A stretch of DNA of 64,000 nt from an uncultured Bacilli bacterium (GCA_934096805.1 CAKOMW010000001.1:371712-435711); one strand, 5' to 3'; numbered from the stretch's first letter, positions 48,678 to 59,552 are shown. Notes: generated by a model from the letters alone, not told the origin. Program-made: numbers and translations.

Positions 48678-48910
48678 ATGTTTCTCCTTTTGTTTTTCAT
48701 TTATTATATATTTTTTTGATGTTTTTGAAATGGAGTTTATATCTATTTTGTCCTTTTTTGTATTATGTTTTGTCTTTTTTCATTTTTCATCTTATCATAG
48801 ATGTTTTTTGTTTGCAATTGTTTTATATTTTTTTTAATTTTTGCTTTTGTTTTTTCATATATTTTGTTAGAATTAAGATAGAATATATAAGATAAGAGGA
48901 GGCGTATATT

Positions 48911-51529
48911 ATGAAGTATGTTTATAGTTTTAAAGAAGGAAACAAGGATATGAAGAATGTTCTTGGAGGGAAAGGTGCTAATCTAGCAGAAATGGTTAGT
49001 TTGGGGCTTCCTGTTCCTATGGGGTTTACGGTATCGTGTGATGCTTGTTTGAAATATTATGAGGATGAAATGAGTATTAGTTCTAATATTTGTGATGAAA
49101 TATTTTTGCAAATAAGTGAACTTGAAAAACATACTGGTAAGAAGTTTGGAGATTATACTAATCCGCTTTTGGTTAGTGTTAGGAGTGGTGCAAGGGTTAG
49201 TATGCCAGGTATGATGGATACTGTTTTGAATCTTGGTCTTAATGATTTGGTTGTTGAAAATTTTAGTGAAGTTGTTGATAATCCAAGGTTTATTTATGAT
49301 AGTTATCGTCGTTTTATTCAGATGTTTGCTGATGTTGTAAAGGGTTTTGATAGGTCTTTATTTGAAGAGATTCTTGATAAGGTTAAGAGCGAAAAGGATG
49401 TAGCTGATGATGCAATGCTTTCGGTTGATGATTTAAAGGTTGTTGTTGCTCTTTTCCTTGATTTATATGAAAAGCTTGATGGTGATTATTTTCCACAGGA
49501 TCCAAAGGAACAACTTATGGAGGCTATAAAGGCGGTTTTTAGATCTTGGAATAATGAAAGGGCTATATTTTATCGTAAAATGAATGATATACCTGATTCT
49601 TGGGGAACTGCGGTTAATGTACAAGAAATGGTTTATGGTAATTTGAATAATGATTCTGGTACAGGAGTCGCTTTTACAAGGAATCCTGCGACAGGGGATA
49701 ATAAGTTGTTTGGTGAGTATTTAATGAATGCTCAAGGAGAAGATGTGGTTGCTGGTATTCGTACTCCTTCAGATATTACTACTTTGAATGATGTTATGCC
49801 TGATTGTTATAAGGAATTTTGTGATATTTGTAAGGTTCTTGAAAATCATTATAGGGATATGCAGGATATGGAGTTTACAATTGAAAATAAAAAGCTTTAT
49901 ATTTTACAAACTAGGAGTGGTAAGAGGACTGGTGCAGCAGCGGTTAAGATTGCGGTTGATTTAGTTAATGAAGGACTTATTACAAAAGAAGAGGCTCTTA
50001 TGAGGGTTGATGGTAAACTTCTTGATCAATTGCTTCATAAAACGTTTGATACTTCTTCTTTAAAAAATGGAAAGGTTATTGCTAAGGGTTTAGCGGCTTC
50101 TCCTGGAGCTTCTTATGGAAAGGTTGTTTTTGATGTTAACGATATTGTTAATAAAGATGATGATTATATATTGGTGAAATTAGAGACTTCTCCTGAAGAT
50201 ATTGAGGGAATGGCTATTTGTAATGGAATTCTTACTGTTCGTGGTGGAATGACTTCGCATGCTGCTGTTGTTGCAAGGGGTATGGGTACTTGTTGTGTTT
50301 GTGGTTGTGAAGAATTAGTTATTGATAGTGCTTCAAAAACTTTGACAACTGGTTCTTCGATTGTTGTTAAAGAAGGGGATTATATTAGTTTGGATGGTTC
50401 GACAGGTATGGTTTATCTTGGGAAGATTGATACTGTTGATCCGGCAATTGGTGGTGATTTTAAAACTTTTATGTCTTGGGCTGATGATGTAAAGAAGCTG
50501 GAAGTTAGAACTAATGCGGATAATGGGCGTGATGCTCGTGTTGCCAGAGATTTTGGGGCATGTGGTATTGGACTTTGTCGTACTGAGCATATGTTCTTTG
50601 ATGAAGAGAGAATATTTAATTTTAGAAAGATGATTGTAGCGGATACTGTTTCGGAAAGAGAGGCTGCTCTTGAACTTATTCTTCCTTATCAAAAGCAGGA
50701 CTTTATGGACTTGTTTAGGGAAATGGATGGATATCCTGTTACGATTAGGTTTTTAGATCCACCTTTACATGAATTTTTACCTAATAAAGAGGATGAGATT
50801 GCTACTTTGGCGAATGATCTTAGTGTTTCTGTTTCTTTTCTTAAAAATAAGATTGATAGTTTAAAAGAGTTTAATCCAATGATGGGGCATCGGGGATGTA
50901 GGCTGTCTATTACGTATCCTGAGATTGTTGCTATGCAAACGAAGGCTGTTTGTTTGGCAGCGATTGAGTGTATGAAGGATGGAATTTCGGTTAAGCCTCA
51001 TATAATGATTCCTTTGGTTGGGGATGTTAATGAGTTTAAGTATTTGAAGGATATTATTGCACCTTTATTTGATTCTTTGCTTTTGGAACATAATGTTTCT
51101 TTGGATTATAAGATTGGAACAATGATTGAGATACCTCGTGCTGCTCTTACTGCTGATGAGATTGCTAAGGAAGCTGATTTCTTCTCGTTTGGTACGAATG
51201 ATCTTACTCAAATGACTTATGGTTTCTCACGTGATGATGCTTCAAAATTTTTGAATTGTTATTATGATAAAAAGATATTTTTAAATGATCCATTTGTTAG
51301 GCTTGATATTAATGGTGTTGGTGAGCTTATTAAGATTGCGACTGCTAAAGCTAGGAGTGTTAATCCGAAAATTGATCTTGGTATATGTGGTGAGCATGGT
51401 GGAGAAGAGACTAGTATTAAGTTTTGTAATGATTTAGGTCTTAATTATGTTTCTTGTAGTCCTTATCGTGTGCCTATTGCTCGTCTTGCTGCTGCTAAGG
51501 CTGCGATAATGGAGAATGATAATAAATAG
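48911..51529 (+). CDS. ppdK: Pyruvate, phosphate dikinase
   Basis: 872 aa. N-terminal ATP-grasp region, central phosphohistidine domain (GGMTSHAAVVARG), and C-terminal PEP-utilising TIM barrel (CGE...GLNYVSCSPYRV). Confidence 0.9.
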   Translation: MKYVYSFKEGNKDMKNVLGGKGANLAEMVSLGLPVPMGFTVSCDACLKYYEDEMSISSNICDEIFLQISELEKHTGKKFGDYTNPLLVSVRSGARVSMPGMMDTVLNLGLNDLVVENFSEVVDNPRFIYDSYRRFIQMFADVVKGFDRSLFEEILDKVKSEKDVADDAMLSVDDLKVVVALFLDLYEKLDGDYFPQDPKEQLMEAIKAVFRSWNNERAIFYRKMNDIPDSWGTAVNVQEMVYGNLNNDSGTGVAFTRNPATGDNKLFGEYLMNAQGEDVVAGIRTPSDITTLNDVMPDCYKEFCDICKVLENHYRDMQDMEFTIENKKLYILQTRSGKRTGAAAVKIAVDLVNEGLITKEEALMRVDGKLLDQLLHKTFDTSSLKNGKVIAKGLAASPGASYGKVVFDVNDIVNKDDDYILVKLETSPEDIEGMAICNGILTVRGGMTSHAAVVARGMGTCCVCGCEELVIDSASKTLTTGSSIVVKEGDYISLDGSTGMVYLGKIDTVDPAIGGDFKTFMSWADDVKKLEVRTNADNGRDARVARDFGACGIGLCRTEHMFFDEERIFNFRKMIVADTVSEREAALELILPYQKQDFMDLFREMDGYPVTIRFLDPPLHEFLPNKEDEIATLANDLSVSVSFLKNKIDSLKEFNPMMGHRGCRLSITYPEIVAMQTKAVCLAAIECMKDGISVKPHIMIPLVGDVNEFKYLKDIIAPLFDSLLLEHNVSLDYKIGTMIEIPRAALTADEIAKEADFFSFGTNDLTQMTYGFSRDDASKFLNCYYDKKIFLNDPFVRLDINGVGELIKIATAKARSVNPKIDLGICGEHGGEETSIKFCNDLGLNYVSCSPYRVPIARLAAAKAAIMENDNK

Positions 51530-51682
51530 ATTTTGTTTTTCTTGATGTTTTTGGACGTGAGAGTATTATTGTTTTATAAAAGTGATTAACTTCATCAAAT
51601 GATGGAGTTTTTTACTATTTTTTTCATATTTTTTTCTTGTAATTATATAATTATAATGATATAATTGTTTTGTTAGTTTGTT

Positions 51683-51756
51683 GGGGCTATAGCCAAGTGG
51701 TAAGGCATGGGTCTGCAAAACCTTGAGCACCGGTTCAAATCCGGTTAGCCCCTCCA
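51683..51756 (+). tRNA. tRNA-Cys (anticodon GCA)
   Basis: Co-linear with Bacillus tRNA-Cys. Acceptor ggggcta/tagcccc, D-arm gcc-aagtggtaa-ggc, anticodon loop ctGCAaa, T-arm accgg-ttcaaat-ccggt, encoded CCA. An intrinsic terminator follows at 51768-51797. Confidence 0.85.
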
Positions 51757-52140
51757 TAAGATATTTAATCGAACTTTTTAGTTCGTTTTTTTTACATAAA
51801 TTTATGATGGTCGAATAGTGGTCGAATTGATAAAAAAATTGAAAAATAATTATAAGAATTTAAAAAAATAAAAACAAAAAAGAAAAAAATGATGTTTTGA
51901 TAATTAAGGCCATTATCTATGTTTAGTGTTATTTGAGATAGAGCTTTTTATTATCGATTCTGTATTGTCTGACATTATTCTTAATTTCTGTTTGAATTTC
52001 TTGTATAATGTTTAAATTGTTTTTAGAAATTTGATTATAATGATATTGTCATCAAATTATTATATTATGGATGCTACATTCGTTGATAATGATGCTTTTT
52101 TATGATATAATTTGTTTATATTTAGGTGTTGGTGATTTAA

Positions 52141-53232
52141 ATGAATAGAAAAGTAGTAATTATTATTTTTTTGTGTTGTTTTTTTTCTTTTGGTTTGAAT
52201 GTATATGCTACAGGCGGTGCTTTAAGAAAAAATACAATTAAGACTTGTTCTAATGGAATAACTTATGGACTTCATAGTGATGGAAAAGGTGGAACACATT
52301 GGCACAAGGCAATAACGAATGGAAAAAATTATTATCCAGATGGTTCTGCTTTGTCTGCTGACCCTTGTCCTAATTCTAAGGTTAATAAAGGAACAGCTGG
52401 GAAAACTTCTACTAAAAGAGTAACGAAGTCTGGTGTTTCAAAGGAAACATCAAAGAAAAAAAGTGATAAACAATCTATTAGAAAATCTAAAACTAGTAAA
52501 AACGGTATTAAAAAAAGTGAATCTAAGAAAATGAATGCTACTTTAGCAAAAAAAAGTGTTGATTCTAAAGGAGTAACGAATGATTCAAATAAACAGAAAG
52601 CTAAAGTACAGGAAAGTAGTGATGCTACTTTAAAAAGTGTTGTTATTAATGGTGATGATATTGTTGTTTCGGAAAAAATGAGTTATAGCACTTTTGCAGC
52701 AAAGGTTGATGTAAGTGCTATAGCTAATGATAGTAAGGCTAGTATAAAGATGAGTAATGCTGATTTAAATATTGGAAATAACTTGTTGTTAATAAATGTT
52801 GTTGCTCCTGATGGTACAAAAAAAGAATATGGGATAAATGTATTTAAAAAACGAAATTTTATTGAAGAATTTGTTATTGATTCGTCAAAGTTGATTTTTC
52901 GAAACAATGAGGCAACTTATTCTGTTCTTAAAGGAGAATCTTCTTTTAAGTATTCGTATAAATTAAGTGATAAGAGTGCTGATTTAGTTGTCTTTCATAA
53001 TGGTGTTATGGTTGATAAAATAGAAGATTTAAAGGACAATGATGTTTTAAAGTTGATTGTTATGTGTGATGATGTTGTTGAAAATACTTATGAGGTAAAA
53101 ATAGAGGAGTTATCTTTATTGGGTACTATCTTTGTGTATGGGCTGACTATTGGATTGTTGTTATCTCCTATTGCTTTAGTTATTTATTTATATTTAAGAA
53201 TACGGAAAAAGAAAAAAATCAAGAATTCTTAA
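52141..53232 (+). CDS. Lysine-rich secreted protein with a cadherin-like beta-sandwich domain and a C-terminal TM anchor
   Basis: Signal peptide, an HSDGKGGTHWH motif, a K/S-rich low-complexity linker, a cadherin-like domain (LKSVVINGDDIVV...EYGINVFK), and a C-terminal TM plus KKKK tail. A-rich island composition. Confidence 0.45.
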   Translation: MNRKVVIIIFLCCFFSFGLNVYATGGALRKNTIKTCSNGITYGLHSDGKGGTHWHKAITNGKNYYPDGSALSADPCPNSKVNKGTAGKTSTKRVTKSGVSKETSKKKSDKQSIRKSKTSKNGIKKSESKKMNATLAKKSVDSKGVTNDSNKQKAKVQESSDATLKSVVINGDDIVVSEKMSYSTFAAKVDVSAIANDSKASIKMSNADLNIGNNLLLINVVAPDGTKKEYGINVFKKRNFIEEFVIDSSKLIFRNNEATYSVLKGESSFKYSYKLSDKSADLVVFHNGVMVDKIEDLKDNDVLKLIVMCDDVVENTYEVKIEELSLLGTIFVYGLTIGLLLSPIALVIYLYLRIRKKKKIKNS

Positions 53233-53320
53233 TTTTTTACATATTTTTTTCTTTGGTTTTCTATTTTTGAAACTTATATGTGTGTTGGTGTTTCTTTTAG
53301 TTTATGGTTTTTATGTAAAA

Positions 53321-53348
53321 AAAAGTACGAGTTGTTTTTCGTACTTTT
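53321..53348. terminator. Hairpin AAAAGTACG-N10-CGTACTTTT (bidirectional terminator; copy A of a repeated hairpin flanking fic)
   Basis: Perfect 9-bp inverted repeat overlapping the fic stop codon. Confidence 0.6.
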
Positions 53349-53883
53349 ATTCATTTGTTTCATAATAATATGATGTTTCGATACCTTTGAATATGGTTTC
53401 TAGAGAAGTATCTTCGGTTAAGTTATTTTTAATTAAAGTTTTTATTTCTAAAGTGTTAATTGGGCTTCTTTCCATTGCCTGTAAGTATAGTTTTTTGTCT
53501 ATGTTTTCCCAGTTTACTATTTTGTTTTGTCTTTTTTTAAGAATTAAATCTAACCATATTCTTGTGCTTCTTCCGTTTCCTTCTAGAAAAGGATGGGCAA
53601 TGTTCATTTCTACGTATTTATCTATGATTTCATCTATGGTTGTTTCGCTCATTGTTTCAATTTTTTTTAGTATTTCTTTCAGGTATAGAGTGTTTGCGAA
53701 TCTGAAGCTTCCTTTTGAAATATTTTCTTTTCTGATTTCTCCAGCAAAGTCGTATATGTTGTTGAAGATGTATTTGTGTATTTGTTGTAATCCTCTTGTT
53801 GTTCCAATTTCTATATTGCTAATGTCGTTACTTTTGAATAGTTTTTTGGCATTTTCTAGACTTTGTCTATCAGTTTCATTCAT
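53347..53883 (-). CDS. fic: Fic/Doc family protein (AMPylating toxin-like)
   Basis: Canonical Fic motif [12 protein letters not shown]. 178 aa, A-rich island composition, flanked by tRNA genes. Confidence 0.8.
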   Translation of the reverse strand: MNETDRQSLENAKKLFKSNDISNIEIGTTRGLQQIHKYIFNNIYDFAGEIRKENISKGSFRFANTLYLKEILKKIETMSETTIDEIIDKYVEMNIAHPFLEGNGRSTRIWLDLILKKRQNKIVNWENIDKKLYLQAMERSPINTLEIKTLIKNNLTEDTSLETIFKGIETSYYYETNE

Positions 53884-53929
53884 TTTATCACCACACTTTT
53901 AAATTTTAGTGTTTATTAATTACTTTGAT

Positions 53930-53954
53930 AAAAGTACGATTTTTTCGTACTTTT
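53930..53954. terminator. Hairpin AAAAGTACG-N7-CGTACTTTT (copy B of the repeated hairpin; terminator for tRNA-Trp)
   Basis: Same 9-bp arms as the 53321-53348 hairpin with a different loop. Confidence 0.55.
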
Positions 53955-53995
53955 TATTTATATTCTCTATTTTATTAGAGTTTGTTTCTAATTAA

Positions 53996-54069
53996 TGGCA
54001 GGGGTAGCAGGAGTTGAACCCACATCAGCGGTTTTGGAGACCGTTATTCTACCATTGAACTATACCCCT
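53996..54069 (-). tRNA. tRNA-Trp (anticodon CCA)
   Basis: The reverse complement folds with acceptor aggggta/tacccct, D-arm gttc-aatggta-gaat, anticodon loop ctCCAaa, T-loop ttcaact, encoded CCA. Confidence 0.8.
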
Positions 54070-54124
54070 GTGTCTAGTTAATTATATCATATAAATGTAA
54101 ATATTAAAACTATTTTTTGAAAAA

Positions 54125-54583
54125 TTGCATATGTTTTTTATGGGTGATGTATTTTTGAGTATAATAAAATATTCTACTAAAGAGAGAAATCTTTTGGCTA
54201 GACTTATGAGGGCTGAGGCTCTTGGAGAAGGTGATTTGGGAATGTTAATGGTTGGTAATGTTATTGTTAATCGTGCTCTTGCTGATTGCCTTACTTTTAA
54301 AAAGATAAGAACTATTACTGATGTTGTTTATCAGAGTCCTGGTGGTTTTGTTGGCGTTAATTCTTCTTTATTTGTTGGTAATCCTACTGCTAAGGAGATA
54401 AGTTTAGCTAATAGAATTTTGAGGGGAGAGTATTATCATCCTGCTACTAATGCTTTATGGTTTTATGCTCCGAAAAAGGATGAGTCTTGTGTTGCTCTTT
54501 GGTATGATCAAAGAAATTCAGGCAGATATAAGAATCATTGTTTTTATATTCCTCAGGCTGGTGTTTGTAGAGAAATTCATTAA
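54125..54583 (+). CDS. sleB: SleB-type cell wall hydrolase domain protein
   Basis: LARLMRAEALGEG...VGNVIVNR...YQSPGGF...WFY is the Hydrolase_2 (SleB/CwlJ) signature. Confidence 0.7.
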   Translation: MHMFFMGDVFLSIIKYSTKERNLLARLMRAEALGEGDLGMLMVGNVIVNRALADCLTFKKIRTITDVVYQSPGGFVGVNSSLFVGNPTAKEISLANRILRGEYYHPATNALWFYAPKKDESCVALWYDQRNSGRYKNHCFYIPQAGVCREIH

Positions 54584-54604
54584 AATAATTCACTGTTTGG
54601 TGAA

Positions 54605-55807
54605 TTATTTTTTAGGTATTAGTAGAATTTGTCCAATTGCAAGGGTGTCATTGTTTAAATTGTTTAGTTTAATTATATCGTTTATTGGAACGCCATATTG
54701 GTTGGATATTTTCCATAGACTGTCGCCACTTTTTACAGTGTATTTTTCATAGTCTTCTTGTTCTGGTATGTTTAGTTTTTGTCCTATTTTTAACATATTA
54801 GTAGATAGGTTGTTTAGTGTTTTTAGTTTGTCTACAGAAATGTTGAATTTTTTAGCGATACTCCATAGACTGTCTCCTCTTTGAACGATGTAAATATTTT
54901 GACTGTCGTCTGTTTCTTTGGTTTCTTCTTTTTTGGTTGGTATAAGAATTTGTTGTCCGATTGTGAGTACTGTTGTTCCTAGGTTGTTTAAGGTTACTAA
55001 ATCATTTACGCTTATACCGTATTTGTTAGCGATGCTCCATAGGCTGTCTCCTTTTTCTACGGTGTATATGGTGTAGTCTTCTTTTGATGTTGTTGGTATG
55101 ATAAGTTTTTGTCCTATTTGTAGAATGTTGCTTGTTAGATTGTTTGCATTTTTAAGTTGTTCTACTGAGATGTTGTATTTGTTAGCAATACTATATAGAC
55201 TGTCTCCTTTTTTAACGATGTATTGGTTGCTTGTTTGTGGTGGAGTATATGGAACATTTATGTAATCAGTTAATGCTTTTACTACTGCTTCTGCATAGTC
55301 TTCTAGATTGTTTTGTAATTGATATACATCGTCTTTTGGACTGTCTATAAAGCCATATTCTAGTAATAGAGATTGTAAGTTACCTGTGTCTCTTATGATG
55401 AAGTAGTAGTCTTTGCTAGGGTTTTCTGGTAATCTTCTTTGATAGGCTCCTCGAATGTTTTGTCCTTGTTTTGCTATTTCGCTTAAAATGTTTGTTGCTA
55501 GGGTATCATCGTTTCTTAAAGCATATACTATCTCAGCTCCGTCTCCACCACCGGCGTTTATGTGGTTTGATATAAGTATTACATCTGATCTGTTACCAAA
55601 TGCATTCATTATTCTATTTATTCTTTCTTTTCGATCTAATGTTTCGTCTGTTGTTCTTGTTATTTTTACTGGAACACCTAGTTCGTTTAATCTATTGTAT
55701 ATATAAAGGGCTGCTTCTAGTGTGAAGTCTTTTTCTTGAAGGCCGTTTGCTACTGCTCCTGGGTCAACACCACCGTGTCCGGCGTCTATAACTATTTTAT
55801 AATTCAT
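54605..55807 (-). CDS. N-acetylmuramoyl-L-alanine amidase (Amidase_3) with five LysM repeats; paralog of 21880-23070
   Basis: N-terminal IDAGHGG Amidase_3 start, then 5 LysM repeats (Y.V.KGDSLWSIA.KY..SV..L..LN.L). Confidence 0.8.
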   Translation of the reverse strand: MNYKIVIDAGHGGVDPGAVANGLQEKDFTLEAALYIYNRLNELGVPVKITRTTDETLDRKERINRIMNAFGNRSDVILISNHINAGGGDGAEIVYALRNDDTLATNILSEIAKQGQNIRGAYQRRLPENPSKDYYFIIRDTGNLQSLLLEYGFIDSPKDDVYQLQNNLEDYAEAVVKALTDYINVPYTPPQTSNQYIVKKGDSLYSIANKYNISVEQLKNANNLTSNILQIGQKLIIPTTSKEDYTIYTVEKGDSLWSIANKYGISVNDLVTLNNLGTTVLTIGQQILIPTKKEETKETDDSQNIYIVQRGDSLWSIAKKFNISVDKLKTLNNLSTNMLKIGQKLNIPEQEDYEKYTVKSGDSLWKISNQYGVPINDIIKLNNLNNDTLAIGQILLIPKK

Positions 55808-55972
55808 TTAAATCACCTAGATTATTTTATGTTTGTTTGTGTTTTTTGTGACTTTGTCTATTTGTATGAAATGTTTTAGTGGTTTTCTTGTTATTTTTGT
55901 AAAATGAAATGTGGTTTAGGCTTGTATTATTCTTGTTTTTTAATATATAATATTATTAAGGAAGTGATATTG

Positions 55973-56686
55973 GTGATTGGAATAGTTGATGCTTGTATAA
56001 TAGGTATTATATTGGTATTTGGGGTTGCTGGTTTAAGGAATGGTTTTTTTAAACAGGTTGTTATAACGATTGGTACAATATTGTTATTTGTGTTGTCTTA
56101 TTATCTTAAAGATTTTGTTGCTGATTTTTTGAGTTATCATTTACCGTTTTTTAGTTTTGGTGGTGATTTAACTGGTCTTGTTTCTTTGAATATAATAATG
56201 TATCAACTTATTGGTTTTATTTTGGTTTTTGTAGTGCTTTCTATAGCGTTTATTATTTTAGTGAAGATTACTGGTATTTTAGAGAAGGTTTTAAAGTTTA
56301 CGATTGTTCTTGGGATACCATCGAAGATATTAGGTTTTATAGTTGGTCTTATTGAAGGATATGTTATTGTGTTTATATTACTTTTCTTTTTACATCAACC
56401 TATAGTTAATATTGGAGTTTTGGGTGATTCTAAGTTTATGAATCCAGTTTTATCTTCTTCTCCAGTTTTATCTAATGTAGTTTCTGATACGAATGATGTT
56501 GTAAATGAAGTTTATGGTTTAGTTGATGATTATACTAAGGATAAGGATGTTCATAAGTTTAATGTTAAGTCAATTGATGTTATGTTAAAGTATGATGTTA
56601 TTGATGCTTATTATATGGATAAATTGATTGAAAAAGATAAGATTGATATACCTGGTATTACCATGGTTGTTGATAAATATCGTTAG
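55973..56686 (+). CDS. cvpA: CvpA family membrane protein (colicin V production protein-like)
   Basis: 4 TM helices in CvpA-like arrangement. GTG start behind an AAGGAAGTGA RBS; the ORF track starts earlier at 55904. Confidence 0.5.
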   Translation: MIGIVDACIIGIILVFGVAGLRNGFFKQVVITIGTILLFVLSYYLKDFVADFLSYHLPFFSFGGDLTGLVSLNIIMYQLIGFILVFVVLSIAFIILVKITGILEKVLKFTIVLGIPSKILGFIVGLIEGYVIVFILLFFLHQPIVNIGVLGDSKFMNPVLSSSPVLSNVVSDTNDVVNEVYGLVDDYTKDKDVHKFNVKSIDVMLKYDVIDAYYMDKLIEKDKIDIPGITMVVDKYR

Positions 56687-56696
56687 GAGGAATATT

Positions 56697-56993
56697 ATGT
56701 TAAAGTATTTAGAAAGTGAAAAGTTTAATGATGTTATTAGTGATGGTTTAGTTTTAGTTGATTTTTATGCGGAGTGGTGTGGTCCTTGTAAGATGCTTAC
56801 TCCAGTTCTTGAAAGGTTGGCTACTGATTATGATATAGTTAAGGTTGATGTTGATAAGCATGATTTTCTTGCTAGGGAGTATGGAATTATGTCTGTTCCG
56901 TCACTTATTGTTTTTCGTGATGGGGAAGTGGTTGATAAAATGATAGGTTTTATGTCTTATGAGGATATAAAGGATGTTTTGGATAGAGCATAG
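56697..56993 (+). CDS. trxA: Thioredoxin
   Basis: VLVDFYAEWCGPCKMLTPVLE is the canonical WCGPC active site. A GGAGGAA RBS precedes the start. Confidence 0.85.
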   Translation: MLKYLESEKFNDVISDGLVLVDFYAEWCGPCKMLTPVLERLATDYDIVKVDVDKHDFLAREYGIMSVPSLIVFRDGEVVDKMIGFMSYEDIKDVLDRA

Positions 56994-57069
56994 GCTCTTT
57001 TTTTCTTCTTTTTCTTGAAGTTTTAATTTGTTTATTGTATAATTTTATTAAGATATTGAGGGATGATTT

Positions 57070-58296
57070 ATGAGAAAGATATTTACTAGTATTGATATTG
57101 GAACAAATGAAATTAAGATTGTTACAGTTGAAAAATTTAATAATAAATTTAATGTTTTAGCTGCTTCATCAGTTAAGTCTTTTGGTGTTAGACAAGGTTT
57201 AATAGTGGATGCAGGGTTGGTTAGTTCTGCGATAAAAAAATGTATAAAAGATAATGAAAGTAAGCTTGGAGTAAAAATTACTTCAGTTATTGCTATTGTT
57301 CCATCTAATAATATTGAAATATCTATGAAAACTGGTAAAGTTAATGCAAATGGTGATATGATTAATGGTGATGTTATTTTTGATTGTATTGAAAATTCGC
57401 TTAAGGGAGAAAAAATGCCTAATATGGAGATTGTTAATGTTTCTCCGATTGAGTTTAGAATAGATGGTAAGAAGAAAGTTAAGAATCCTCTTGGACTTGA
57501 TGGGGAAGTTTTGGAGTCTAAAAATATTGTTTGTTTTGTTCCAAAGAAGAATGTGTATTCTGTTGTAAGTGTTATAGAAAATTTGAATATTCAAGTGACA
57601 GATATTATTATTTCTTCAATAGGGGATTATTATTCAATTAAGAATAAAGAACTTGATTCTAAAGTTGGTGCAATTGTTAATATTGGTGAGGAAAAGACTG
57701 TTGTTTCTATATTTAATAAGGGAATTATAATGAGTGAATCAATTATGTCAATTGGATCTCGTTTGATTGATTCGGAACTTGTTTTTAATTATAAAATTGA
57801 TGAAAAAGAAGCTATTAATATTAAGAATACTTTTGCTGTTGCTAGTAGAAGATATGCTGATGGAGAAGAGGTTTATGAGTTTGTTAATAAAGCTTCGAAT
57901 AAAGTTGAAATTAATCAGTACCAACTTGCTGAACTTTTGGAAGCTAATTTGGTAGAAATGTTGAAAAGTATAAAAAATGAGATAAATGACTTAACAAAAC
58001 GTGAAATTAATTATATAATAGTAACTGGGGGAGTTACTTCGATGTTGGGATTTAATTCTTTGGTTGAAGAACTTTATGGTAGATATAGTGGTGTTATGAA
58101 TCTTCCTGTTATAGGAATTAGGAATAATAAATATTCTACTTCATATGGTGCGATTAAGTATTTTTGTGAAAAGCTTGATTTGAGAGAGAAAGATTATACT
58201 ATGTTTAGTGAAGAAATGATAAATGAATTAACACAAGTAAGAAAGAAAATAGGGGCAAGTAGTGTGTTAAGCAAAGTATTTAAACTGTTTGATTAA
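57070..58296 (+). CDS. ftsA: Cell division protein FtsA
   Basis: Actin-like ATPase (IDIGTNEIKIV N-terminus) immediately upstream of ftsZ. Confidence 0.85.
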   Translation: MRKIFTSIDIGTNEIKIVTVEKFNNKFNVLAASSVKSFGVRQGLIVDAGLVSSAIKKCIKDNESKLGVKITSVIAIVPSNNIEISMKTGKVNANGDMINGDVIFDCIENSLKGEKMPNMEIVNVSPIEFRIDGKKKVKNPLGLDGEVLESKNIVCFVPKKNVYSVVSVIENLNIQVTDIIISSIGDYYSIKNKELDSKVGAIVNIGEEKTVVSIFNKGIIMSESIMSIGSRLIDSELVFNYKIDEKEAINIKNTFAVASRRYADGEEVYEFVNKASNKVEINQYQLAELLEANLVEMLKSIKNEINDLTKREINYIIVTGGVTSMLGFNSLVEELYGRYSGVMNLPVIGIRNNKYSTSYGAIKYFCEKLDLREKDYTMFSEEMINELTQVRKKIGASSVLSKVFKLFD

Positions 58297-58308
58297 GGAG
58301 ATGAGATA

Positions 58309-59391
58309 ATGTTTGATATGTCGATGGTGGATCAATTAGCGAAGATAAAAGTAGTAGGAGTTGGTGGTGGCGGTTGTAACGCTATTAACCGAATGATTGA
58401 AGCTGGGGTTCGTGGGGTTGAGTTTATTGTAGTTAATACTGATGCTCAGGTGCTTAATGCATCTAAAGCGGATATAAAGATTCAATTAGGACATGGACTT
58501 GGTGCTGGTGCTAAGCCTGAAATAGGTAAGGAAACAGCGATTAAAGCTAAGAAAGAAATAGAAGAATCTTTAAAAGGTGCCGATATGGTGTTTGTTACAT
58601 GTGGAATGGGTGGAGGTACTGGAACTGGTGCTGCACCAGTTATTGCTGAGATTGCACAAAATTTAGGTGCTTTAACTGTTGCTATTGTAACACGTCCATT
58701 TTCTTTTGAAGGTAAGAGAAGAATGGATAATGCTTTAGCAGGTATTGAAGAATTAAAGAAAAGTGTTGATACTTTGATAGTTATACCTAATGATAGATTG
58801 AGAGAAATTATAGATAAATCTACTTCAATGCTTGATGCATTTAAGGAAGTAGATAATGTACTTCTTCGTGGAGTTCAATCTATATCTGATTTAATTGCAG
58901 TAGTAGGATTGGTAAACTTGGATTTTGCGGATATTAGGTCAGTTATGGAAAAATCGGGTAATGCCATTATTGGTATTGGTATTGGTATGGGAGAAGATAG
59001 AGCTATTGAAGCTGCAAAGCAAGCTGTTTCGTCTCCACTTCTTGAAACTTCAATTCATGGTGCTACTGATGCTATTATAAATATTACTGGTGGTGCTAAT
59101 TTGACATTGTTTGAAGCAGAACAAGCTGCTGAAGTTGTGCGTGCTGCTGCTAATACTGATATAAATGCTATATTTGGTTCTGTTATTAATGAAAATCTTA
59201 CTGATGAAGTTATTGTTACAGTAATTGCTACTGGTTTTGATAAGAAGTCTAAAAAGCAACCTTTGTATAATCAAATTAATCAAACTAAGAGATCTGATAC
59301 TACGTATGATTTAGATGATGATGACAGTGCTTCGACTCCATTTGAACCTACTGAAATAGAAATTCCAACATTTATGCATAAGAATTTTTAG
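58309..59391 (+). CDS. ftsZ: Cell division GTPase FtsZ
   Basis: [13 protein letters not shown] and [13 protein letters not shown] tubulin signature motifs. Confidence 0.95.
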   Translation: MFDMSMVDQLAKIKVVGVGGGGCNAINRMIEAGVRGVEFIVVNTDAQVLNASKADIKIQLGHGLGAGAKPEIGKETAIKAKKEIEESLKGADMVFVTCGMGGGTGTGAAPVIAEIAQNLGALTVAIVTRPFSFEGKRRMDNALAGIEELKKSVDTLIVIPNDRLREIIDKSTSMLDAFKEVDNVLLRGVQSISDLIAVVGLVNLDFADIRSVMEKSGNAIIGIGIGMGEDRAIEAAKQAVSSPLLETSIHGATDAIINITGGANLTLFEAEQAAEVVRAAANTDINAIFGSVINENLTDEVIVTVIATGFDKKSKKQPLYNQINQTKRSDTTYDLDDDDSASTPFEPTEIEIPTFMHKNF

Positions 59392-59552
59392 TTTGTAATA
59401 TTTCTAATATTTAGTTATAGTTTTTAAATGAAATTTAAAAAAGTGCTTAAGAGAAAACTTGTTTTTTCTCTTTTGTTTTGGATTTAATTTTAAAAAATGG
59501 TCGTTTGACTTCTGTTTTTCTTTCCTTTATAGTGAGTTTCGGAGGTGATAAT

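Noticed and set aside
51566-51757. Minus-strand 63-aa ORF
   Set aside because: It overlaps tRNA-Cys on the opposite strand (MEGLTGFEP… is tRNA antisense). Spurious.
53321-53954. Fic-flanking hairpins as inverted repeats of a mobile element
   Set aside because: Each hairpin is self-palindromic and placed exactly where intrinsic terminators are needed (after fic and the 52141 gene; after tRNA-Trp). Similar AAAGTAC-containing terminator hairpins occur elsewhere (41128, 62320), so they are more likely a common terminator family than transposon ends. Retained only as a note in the Fic finding.
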